From positions 11,914 through 75,913 of the forward strand of contig PFDI01000003.1 in NCBI GenBank assembly GCA_002772695.1: a stretch of DNA of 64,000 nucleotides, given 5' to 3'. Origin of the DNA: Candidatus Pacebacteria bacterium CG10_big_fil_rev_8_21_14_0_10_44_54 (GTDB taxonomy: Bacteria; Patescibacteriota; Microgenomatia; UBA1400; PJMF01). Numbering within the stretch: the stretch's first letter is position 1; every line of letters begins with the position of its first letter. The notes below the pieces were generated by a model. That model was not told the DNA's origin. It worked only from the letters and a program-made list of their open reading frames with translations, and ran no database searches. Shown piece after piece: positions 19,392 through 27,400 of this stretch. Both the position numbers and the translations under genes were made by a program.

Positions 19392-20826
19392 CCTTCCCTT
19401 CCTCCTGATAATCAGCACCGCTTTTTTGCTCAGATTGCCACACATCACTAGTCCCGTGCTTGATTGGCACAGCTTCAGACAAGCAGATACGGCCTCAGTG
19501 ACGTACGAGTATGTGAGAAATGGCGTCGATCTCTTACATCCAAAGTTTCATGATTTTTCCAACATTGCTTCTGGCAAAGACAATCTTGCTGGCTATCGTA
19601 TGGTCGAGTTTCCTTGGATTAATGGCTTGTTAGCCAGCATACTGCGGTTTGCTCCGAATCTTTCACTCGTGGTACTCAGCAGAGGTTTTACCATCGCGCT
19701 TTCACTGGTCACGCTCAGCAGTTTGTATTTTTTTGTCAAACTATTTTCAGACAAAAAAACTGCGCTGCTTGCCGCAATGACTTTCGCAGTTTTGCCATAT
19801 GCGGTTTTTTATAGTCGAGTTATCTTGCCAGACCCTGTTATGATAGCCCTGGCAACTGCATCGGTGACTCTTTTTGCCTACTGGCTGCACTCGAGACACT
19901 GGCGTTACTATGCTGCTTCTTTCTTGCTACTCGCTCTTGCCGCACTTACGAAGCCGTTTGTTCTGTTTTTGGCACCTGTGTACGTATCTTTGTTATTCGT
20001 TCAGTTTCTAAAAAAAAAGCTAGTATGGCAGCAAGTTTTTTGGACTATGATGCTACCAAGCAGCTTGCTGCCGCTGTGGTGGTGGCGAGATTGGATTTTG
20101 CAATTTCCCTCAGGTATTCCTGCCTCAGACTGGCTCTACAATGGTCCTATTAATGAAGTGCCTCCGCGTCTGCGACCAGTCTGGTTTCGCTGGCTCTGGT
20201 ACGAGCGATTATCTAAGTTAATCCTAGGGTATACCGGTACTGTGCTGCTGATACCACTTCTCCTGCGTTGGAAAAAAATCTCTACGCCAGAATTGTTCGT
20301 GTATGGCTCTTGGTGGTTGAGTGTCCTGCTTTTTTTTGTCGTTATAGCCCGGGGTAACATCCAGCACGATTACTATCAAGTTTTTACCCTACCAATAATT
20401 TGCATCTCTGTCGCAAAAGGAGTCAGGCTGCTATTTGCGTGGCTACAACACAAACTACACAAAAAAATTGCCATTACACTGACTGTCGCTCTGTATCTTT
20501 CAATGCTATTGCTCTCCCTACAACAAGTTGTCGGCTACTACCAAATCAATCACTGGGAGTATTATCGAGTTGGACAACGAGCACAAGCAGTGTTGCCAGA
20601 AGAAGCTATTGTTGTGGCACCTGCTTTTGGCGACACCTCATTCCTCTTTCAAACACGCCGCCGCGGCTGGCCAATTGGCTTCGAAATTGAAAAAAAAGTT
20701 GCAGCTGGCGCCCAATACTACATCACGACGACTTATGATGATGAAGCAAAAACGCTAGAATCAACTTATGAGTTAATCGAAAAAACACCAGAGTATCTTA
20801 TTTTAAATTTACAGAATACCTTATGA
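19381..20826 (+). CDS. GT-C family glycosyltransferase, PMT_2/ArnT-like polytopic membrane protein
   Basis: LRLPHITSPVLDWHSFRQADTASVTYEY (PMT-like loop) and about 11 TM helices. Confidence 0.7.
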   Translation: MKNNLPFLLIISTAFLLRLPHITSPVLDWHSFRQADTASVTYEYVRNGVDLLHPKFHDFSNIASGKDNLAGYRMVEFPWINGLLASILRFAPNLSLVVLSRGFTIALSLVTLSSLYFFVKLFSDKKTALLAAMTFAVLPYAVFYSRVILPDPVMIALATASVTLFAYWLHSRHWRYYAASFLLLALAALTKPFVLFLAPVYVSLLFVQFLKKKLVWQQVFWTMMLPSSLLPLWWWRDWILQFPSGIPASDWLYNGPINEVPPRLRPVWFRWLWYERLSKLILGYTGTVLLIPLLLRWKKISTPELFVYGSWWLSVLLFFVVIARGNIQHDYYQVFTLPIICISVAKGVRLLFAWLQHKLHKKIAITLTVALYLSMLLLSLQQVVGYYQINHWEYYRVGQRAQAVLPEEAIVVAPAFGDTSFLFQTRRRGWPIGFEIEKKVAAGAQYYITTTYDDEAKTLESTYELIEKTPEYLILNLQNTL

Positions 20827-22028
20827 AAATCCTCATGTTAACGCCATATTTACCGTATCCGCTCTTATCGGGTGGGCAAATTCGGACCTACAACCTACTC
20901 AAACAGCTCAGTGAAAAACATCAAGTAACCCTATTTTCTCTGATTAAAGATACAGAAGAAACAAAACATATTCCAGAATTACTCAAGTTTTGTGAAGATG
21001 TCAGGGTATTTCGTAGGTCAAAAACTCCGTTCACCCTGAGAAATATTGCAAAAACAGCAATCTCTACACACCCGTTTCTTGTTGTTCGCAATTATGTAGC
21101 AGAGGTTACTCAAGCAATTGAGCAAGAACTCAAAAGAACCAAATTTGATCTTTTGCACGCGGAAACCTTTTATATGATGCCACATCTACCCCAGACTAAA
21201 ACTCCAATCATTTTGGTTGAACAGACCATTGAGTATCTTGGGTACGAAAGCTATGCAAAGCAAGCTTTTCCCCTGCTACGACCACTCCTGCATATTGACA
21301 TTGCCAAAATTAAACGTTGGGAGAAGTACTACTGGGGTAGAGCAGACCAGCTTATTGTAATGAGTGAGCAAGACAAAGACTTTATTCACCAAAGCACCAG
21401 CGTACAAAACGATATCGCAGTAGTAGCAAATGGAGTTGATGCAGATTGGTTTAGCCAAAAACCAAAGTTGCAACATACTGATCCAACCGTCTTGTTTGTT
21501 GGCACTTTTAAGTGGTTACCAAACAGGGAGGCCGTGCGCTTTCTTGTTCACGAGATTTGGCCTCACATCCGAAAAAAAATTCCGACAGCCAAACTACACA
21601 TTGTTGGTAACGCACCAACCAAAGAAATTCTCAATTTTGAAAACGAGTACCCCAACGTCGTAGTTAAAGGCAGGGTAGAGGACATTAGAGACGCATTTGC
21701 GGTTGCGGATGTTTTGGTTGCACCTGTTTTCAGTGGCAAAGGTACCCGCTACAAAGTACTAGAAGCGATGGCTTCGGGCACACCACTTGTAGCGACACCA
21801 ACCGCTGTAGAAGGTCTCAACCTAGAAGAAAATGCTCATGTTCGGATTGGCAAAACAGGCAAAGAACTTGCCAAACAAACTGTGATGCTACTCAAATCCA
21901 AAATACTGCGCAGAAAACTAGCACAAGCAAGCAAACAATTTGTCCAGAAGCACTATGACTGGCAGAGTATTTCACAGCAACTTGATATAATTTATCGCCG
22001 GATAGGAGCGAGTAATGCAACAAAATAA
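20823..22028 (+). CDS. glycosyltransferase family 4
   Basis: MKILMLTPYLPYPLLSGGQIRTYNLL...FSGKGTRYKVLEAMASGTPLVATPTAVEGL. Confidence 0.8.
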   Translation: MKILMLTPYLPYPLLSGGQIRTYNLLKQLSEKHQVTLFSLIKDTEETKHIPELLKFCEDVRVFRRSKTPFTLRNIAKTAISTHPFLVVRNYVAEVTQAIEQELKRTKFDLLHAETFYMMPHLPQTKTPIILVEQTIEYLGYESYAKQAFPLLRPLLHIDIAKIKRWEKYYWGRADQLIVMSEQDKDFIHQSTSVQNDIAVVANGVDADWFSQKPKLQHTDPTVLFVGTFKWLPNREAVRFLVHEIWPHIRKKIPTAKLHIVGNAPTKEILNFENEYPNVVVKGRVEDIRDAFAVADVLVAPVFSGKGTRYKVLEAMASGTPLVATPTAVEGLNLEENAHVRIGKTGKELAKQTVMLLKSKILRRKLAQASKQFVQKHYDWQSISQQLDIIYRRIGASNATK

Positions 22029-22893
22029 GCCTGATTTAGAACTGATTTTTCTCAATTTTAATAGTGATTTCTGGATTGAAAAGGCACTAACTTCACTGCA
22101 AACCTTTTATCTAAAAAAAACCAAGTTGCAGGTCGCCATCACTGTTGTTGATAACAACAGCAGTGACAACTCACTACAGACGGTAGCAACCTGTTGCCCT
22201 AAGGCAAAAATTATTCGTCTCAAAGAAAATCTGGGTTTTGCTGGAGCTAATAATGCCGCCCTAACTCAGACGACGGCAAGATACACCATGCTGCTCAACT
22301 CGGATGTTGAACTAACAGCAGACTCAAATTTTGACGAACTTGTCTCATATATGGATACACACAAAAATGTTGCTGTTATAACACCCAAACTAACATTCTT
22401 TTCTGGCGCACTCGACCCTGCTTCACACCGTGGAGAGCCAACCATCTGGGCTTCAATCGCCTATTTTGCTCGACTCGAGCAATTATTTCCAAACTCAAAA
22501 CGATTTGCACAGTATCATCAAACATATAAAGATCTATCACAAATTCATGAGATAGACGCCTGTTCTGGTGCAGCACTACTGTCGCGCACCTCTCTTTATA
22601 ATAAAGTTGGTTTGCTAGATGATCGTTTTTTTATGTATGCCGAGGATCTTGATTGGTGTCGTCGTTTCAGAGAAGCGGGGTACTCGGTTGTATTTTATCC
22701 ACACGTTGCGCTGATTCACCATAAATATAAGTCTGGCATCAAAAATTCATCACAAAATATTGCTCAAAAAACCCAGTTTCACTTTTATAACACCATGCTA
22801 CAATACTACGACAAACACTATGCCAAAGAGTATCCATCTGTGGTACGCTGGTTGCTTAAGTATTTTATCGCGTTTAAGAAAGGCGGACTATGA
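22015..22893 (+). CDS. glycosyltransferase family 2
   Basis: VVDNNSSDNSL...MLLNSDVEL...YAEDLDWCRR. Confidence 0.8.
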   Translation: MQQNKPDLELIFLNFNSDFWIEKALTSLQTFYLKKTKLQVAITVVDNNSSDNSLQTVATCCPKAKIIRLKENLGFAGANNAALTQTTARYTMLLNSDVELTADSNFDELVSYMDTHKNVAVITPKLTFFSGALDPASHRGEPTIWASIAYFARLEQLFPNSKRFAQYHQTYKDLSQIHEIDACSGAALLSRTSLYNKVGLLDDRFFMYAEDLDWCRRFREAGYSVVFYPHVALIHHKYKSGIKNSSQNIAQKTQFHFYNTMLQYYDKHYAKEYPSVVRWLLKYFIAFKKGGL

Positions 22894-23327
22894 ACACCCA
22901 AACACTGCAATTTAAGATTGAAAATCTTAGAGCCACAACAATACAACGCACGCTCGAGGGCCTCTTTACTGTTGTCGCAAGCTTGTTTGTGACGGCCTTG
23001 CTGCCATCTTTGTTGATTAAATACTTCTATGCTAACGCTCAATTATTTGAACAACCAAAATTGCTCGAATATATCCCAGTTGCTACCTTTGCAATTTCTG
23101 GTGCCTACATCGTATTCGTAATCGTCGGCAACTTCTCGAGAGGAGCAAAAATTCGCCAAGCAGAATCTGAGCTAGCGCTCTCAGAGTCGATGACAGCTAA
23201 TGATCTCGGTACGACACAAGAGGAGCTGGCTGAGCTAGAAAAAATTGTTGACAACGCTCTAGCAAAACCAAATAAATCAAAACGCAGTAACACAAAAAAG
23301 TCGACTCGAAAAAAGAGCGCTAAGTAA
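22890..23327 (+). CDS. hypothetical small membrane protein (2 TM, basic C-terminal tail)
   Basis: ORF with two hydrophobic segments and a Lys/Arg/Ser-rich C-terminus, translationally coupled to the flanking GT genes. Confidence 0.4.
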   Translation: MNTQTLQFKIENLRATTIQRTLEGLFTVVASLFVTALLPSLLIKYFYANAQLFEQPKLLEYIPVATFAISGAYIVFVIVGNFSRGAKIRQAESELALSESMTANDLGTTQEELAELEKIVDNALAKPNKSKRSNTKKSTRKKSAK

Positions 23328-23331
23328 TCAG

Positions 23332-24429
23332 ATGCCTCGAGTTGGTATCGATTGCCGACTAGCAGGCCTCAATCACGCTGGAATTGGACGGTATATTTCT
23401 TGTCTTGTGCCTCGGGTTATTTCTTTACTCGAGAATAAAGCAGATATTGTACTTTTTTGTGCCACAAAGCAACAAGCTCATGAACTAAACCCAAATGAGT
23501 CAGCCTGGGTTGCGATAGTGCAAACACCGATCAAGCATTACTCGCTTGCCGAACAAACGCAATTTCTTGCTGTGCTGCGGCAACAATCACTCGATGTACT
23601 ACACGTCCCACACTTTAATGTACCGTTTTTCTATCGGGGAAAATTTGTCGTCACTATTCATGACTTGTTATGGCATGAGCAACGGGGGCTACATGTCACG
23701 ACACTCAAACCAATAATTTACTGGTTGAAGTATTTTTTTTATAGACACGTTGTTGCCAACACTATCGCGCGGGCAAAAACAATATTTGTACCGTCAAAAA
23801 CAATTGCCAATCAAGTGCTCAAAACATTTTCAGACGCTAAAAATAAAATAATTGTTACCTATGAAGGAGTAAGTGATGCTTTTGCAAAACCGAAATTCAT
23901 AGCTCAACGAAAAAAAAATACTTTACTCTACGTTGGCTCACTTTACCCACACAAAAACATACAACTTGTCCTGAAGCTGCTACAACGGCAACCAGAAATT
24001 CGGCTGGAAATTGTCACTGCACGATCTGCTTTTGTGACAAAAGTAAAAAAACGCATCGTTGCACTAGGACTCAAAAATCAAGTTATATTTTATATTTCAA
24101 TCACTGATCAAGAACTCGCCAAGAAATATCAACAAGCGACCGCACTTATTCAGCCCTCACTATCCGAAGGATTTGGTTTGACTGGTCTTGAAGCACTCCG
24201 TCAAGGAACGCCATTGCTCGCATCTGACATTCCTATCTTTCATGAGATTTACCAACAACAAGCTGTCTTTTTTGATCCACATAGCGTCAAATCTCTCCAA
24301 TCTGCCTGGGATTCAATCGAGAATAAAATGACACAACTGCAATTACCAAAACAATTTTTCGAAAAATACGATTGGGACAAGCTTGCAAAACAAACCACTG
24401 ATGTCTACCTCACCACACTCAAAAACTAA
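23332..24429 (+). CDS. glycosyltransferase family 4
   Basis: LSEGFGLTGLEALRQGTPLLASDIPIFHEIY. Confidence 0.8.
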   Translation: MPRVGIDCRLAGLNHAGIGRYISCLVPRVISLLENKADIVLFCATKQQAHELNPNESAWVAIVQTPIKHYSLAEQTQFLAVLRQQSLDVLHVPHFNVPFFYRGKFVVTIHDLLWHEQRGLHVTTLKPIIYWLKYFFYRHVVANTIARAKTIFVPSKTIANQVLKTFSDAKNKIIVTYEGVSDAFAKPKFIAQRKKNTLLYVGSLYPHKNIQLVLKLLQRQPEIRLEIVTARSAFVTKVKKRIVALGLKNQVIFYISITDQELAKKYQQATALIQPSLSEGFGLTGLEALRQGTPLLASDIPIFHEIYQQQAVFFDPHSVKSLQSAWDSIENKMTQLQLPKQFFEKYDWDKLAKQTTDVYLTTLKN

Positions 24430-25639
24430 ACCCAACGTTTGTCTCGTTTACGATAGAGTGACCACCAAGTATGGTGGAGCCGAGTGCCTTTTGCAGCACT
24501 TACTTGATCTTTTTCCAGCAGCACCACTCTACACAGCTGTTTATAATCCAAACAGAACACCTTGGGTAATACCAAGCAGGGTGAGATCTTCCTTTGCCAG
24601 TCGCTGGTGGTTTGTACGTAGGTGGTATCAATTTTTTTCTCCTATCTTTCCGCTTGTATTTGAACAGTTTGACTTGTCGACATTCGATATCATTATCTCG
24701 ATAAGCAGCGCAGAAGCAAAAGGAGTTCTTACTTCTCCCAAGCAACTACATATAAGCTATCTCTTCAGCCCACCAAAGTACCTTGCCAAGAATAACGCTG
24801 CCTATCTATATTCATATAAATTATTAACAATTCCTGCCATAAGATCACTGGCAGAACTACCACTTCGCTACCTTCGTTGGTGGGATCAAGCTGCTGCCGC
24901 TCGCCCTGATTACACCATTCCTATTTCAAATACAATTGCAAAACAGATAAGTGGTAGTTACACAAACATCATGCTGGAGCCCATCTATCCTCCTATTGCT
25001 GTACCACCGCTTAGCAAAATAAAACAGGCAATGAGACTCACAACAGCACAATACTTTCTATCACTTTCTCGCCTAGTCTGGTACAAGCGAGTAGACCTTG
25101 CAGTGAGTGTCGCACAAAAAACCGGAGACTTGCTACTCATTGCCGGTGAGGGAGTGATGAAGAAGCAGTTGCTGAAACAAGCAGATCGGCGTGGGGCAAT
25201 CCGCCAAAAAAATGAGCTTATTTCAGACTGCATAAGACGTGCGATCAAACATAATCGAAACATCATTTTTCTCAATACTGTATCTGAAAAAGAAAAAACA
25301 GCGCTCCTCACTCACGCTCAGGCAACCCTACAGTTGGGAAAAGAAGATTTCGGCATTGTAGCAATCGAAAGCCTCGGCCACGAAACTCCCGTCATACTAT
25401 TTGCAGATTCAGGTGCGGCGGAAGTACTTAGAAACAAACAAGTTGGAATACTCCTTGCATCGCAAAACACCAAGGCCCTTGAAAGGGCATTTTATGAAAT
25501 TAAAAAGATGACTTTTTCACCCTCATACTTGAGAAAATTAGCATTATCATTCTCTCCTGAAATATACAAAAGGAGGATGCAAAAAATAGTGTATGATGTA
25601 TGGGCTATTCACAAAAATGGACACAAAAATGACAAATAA
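24401..25639 (+). CDS. glycosyltransferase family 4-like
   Basis: N-terminal KYGGAECLL and C-terminal EDFGIVAIESLGHETPVILFADSGAAEV. The track start 24383 overlaps the upstream gene, so the internal Met is chosen. Confidence 0.55.
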   Translation: MSTSPHSKTKPNVCLVYDRVTTKYGGAECLLQHLLDLFPAAPLYTAVYNPNRTPWVIPSRVRSSFASRWWFVRRWYQFFSPIFPLVFEQFDLSTFDIIISISSAEAKGVLTSPKQLHISYLFSPPKYLAKNNAAYLYSYKLLTIPAIRSLAELPLRYLRWWDQAAAARPDYTIPISNTIAKQISGSYTNIMLEPIYPPIAVPPLSKIKQAMRLTTAQYFLSLSRLVWYKRVDLAVSVAQKTGDLLLIAGEGVMKKQLLKQADRRGAIRQKNELISDCIRRAIKHNRNIIFLNTVSEKEKTALLTHAQATLQLGKEDFGIVAIESLGHETPVILFADSGAAEVLRNKQVGILLASQNTKALERAFYEIKKMTFSPSYLRKLALSFSPEIYKRRMQKIVYDVWAIHKNGHKNDK

Positions 25640-26732
25640 CAAGCATGTGTATGCCGTACTCCTAGCAGGTGGTGGTGGCACAAGACTCTGGCCTAAATCC
25701 CGCGAAAAAACGCCCAAACAGTTTCTCAAACTATTTGGCGATGAAACAATGCTGCAATACACCGCACGCAGAATCACAAAATTAGTTGATTGGGACAAAA
25801 TTATCGTTGTAACCAACACCAAATACCAAGCTGAAGTTCTCAAGCAACTACCAAAAATTCCCAAATCAAATGTCATTGCTGAACCCAAGAAAAAAGACAC
25901 GGCACTTGCCATGTTGGTTGGAACACTCTACGCTCGCTCACTTGATGAAAATGCGGTAATCATCAATTCAGCCTCAGATCACGTTGTAACTGATGAAGCA
26001 GAATTTGCCCGCGTTATGAATGCAGCAGTTCGCGTTGCAACAAACAAGCAGTCATTGGTAACCGTTGGCATCACTCCAACCTATCCTGCAACTGGCTTTG
26101 GATACATCAAAATTGCCAATGATATCGAGCGACTCGACAGGGGATTAACACTCTTTTCAGTAAACAGCTTTACCGAGAAACCAAATCACTCAACAGCACG
26201 CGCGTTCATTTCTACAGGTCGTTATTTTTGGAATGCCAATATGTATGTTTGGGCAGCCGAAACATTGCTCACTGCTTTTAAACAACATTTGCCCGAAATG
26301 TTTGCGGCGACCCAAAAAATACAACAGGCGACTCGTACAGATTTTGTTCAGCTCTTACCCCAAGTCTACACCGAGTCTAATGCTATTTCAATTGATTATG
26401 CGATATCAGAGAAGGCTGACAATCTCGTCCTTATTCCTGGAGATTTTGGCTGGAACGATGTTGGTGACTGGAAAGTTGTATATGAGCTCGAGAAAAAAGA
26501 CATTCAGGGGAATGTCGTGTTGGACGAATCGACCAAAGCTCCAGTACTTGCGATTGACTCTACCAATAACCTGGTGCATTCTAATAAGCGTCTAGTTGCT
26601 ATGCTTGGCATAAGAGATACTATGGTGATCGACACCGACGAAATTCTCATGATTATCCCAAAAGGCAGAAGTCAGGATGTCAAAAAAATTATTGAGCAAT
26701 TAAAGGCAGAAAATAGAACCGAGTATCTATAA
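25629..26732 (+). CDS. manC: mannose-1-phosphate guanylyltransferase-like sugar nucleotidyltransferase
   Basis: VYAVLLAGGGGTRLWPKSREKTPKQFL. The start could alternatively be 25593 or 25617. Confidence 0.75.
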   Translation: MTNNKHVYAVLLAGGGGTRLWPKSREKTPKQFLKLFGDETMLQYTARRITKLVDWDKIIVVTNTKYQAEVLKQLPKIPKSNVIAEPKKKDTALAMLVGTLYARSLDENAVIINSASDHVVTDEAEFARVMNAAVRVATNKQSLVTVGITPTYPATGFGYIKIANDIERLDRGLTLFSVNSFTEKPNHSTARAFISTGRYFWNANMYVWAAETLLTAFKQHLPEMFAATQKIQQATRTDFVQLLPQVYTESNAISIDYAISEKADNLVLIPGDFGWNDVGDWKVVYELEKKDIQGNVVLDESTKAPVLAIDSTNNLVHSNKRLVAMLGIRDTMVIDTDEILMIIPKGRSQDVKKIIEQLKAENRTEYL

Positions 26733-26739
26733 GACTTTC

Positions 26740-27360
26740 ATGACGTATTTAGCTCAAAAGCGCCTTCTTGATCTTGCCGTTGCTCTCGGATTAAGTATGC
26801 TTTTTTTACCCGTCTGGTTGGTAGTGCCAGTTTTAATTTTTCTTGATTCAGGCAAACCTATTTTTTTTGTCCATAAACGAGTTGGCCTAAACGGTCGCGA
26901 ATTTTATCTCTACAAATTTCGCTCAATGATAATTGGTGCTGACGACATGCTGCACAAACACGACAAAAAATTACTCAGAGAATTTAAAAGCAACGACTGG
27001 AAAATTCCCAATGATCCCCGCATAACAAAGTTGGGAAAAATACTTCGCTCACTCACCATCGATGAGTTTCCACAGTTGCTCAATGTGTTGCGAGGCGAAA
27101 TGTCTATGGTTGGTCCTCGCGCTTATGTACGTAAAGAGCTCGATGAACAAAGCGAGCGATATCCCGAAACGAAATCATATATTACAAAAATTCTCAGTGT
27201 AAAGCCAGGTATTTCTGGACCCTGGCAAACCAGTGGTCGCAACGAGATCCCTTTTGCCCAACGAGCCAAGATGGATGCGCAGTATGCAAGCAATCCTTCT
27301 ATCTGGCGAGACATTCTTATTTTACTCAAGACACCTGGAGCTATGATTTCAAAGTGGTGA
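26740..27360 (+). CDS. small monotopic phosphoglycosyl transferase (bacterial sugar transferase family, PglC/WbaP C-terminal-like); initiating enzyme
   Basis: FFVHKRVGLNGREFYLYKFRSM...DEFPQLLNVLRGEMSMVGPRA. At 206 aa it has a single N-terminal TM segment. Confidence 0.85.
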   Translation: MTYLAQKRLLDLAVALGLSMLFLPVWLVVPVLIFLDSGKPIFFVHKRVGLNGREFYLYKFRSMIIGADDMLHKHDKKLLREFKSNDWKIPNDPRITKLGKILRSLTIDEFPQLLNVLRGEMSMVGPRAYVRKELDEQSERYPETKSYITKILSVKPGISGPWQTSGRNEIPFAQRAKMDAQYASNPSIWRDILILLKTPGAMISKW

Positions 27361-27390
27361 TTGGAGTGCCAGTCATATATTTGCTATACT
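27361..27390 (+). promoter_or_regulatory. putative sigma70-type promoter: -35 TTGGAG, 18-nt spacer, extended -10 TGcTATACT; ATG 11 nt downstream
   Basis: The motif is read directly from the sequence. The same TGnTATACT then about 10 nt then ATG arrangement recurs at rplU, ileS, lemA and the acetyltransferase gene. Confidence 0.4.
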
Positions 27391-27400
27391 GAGAACTCAT

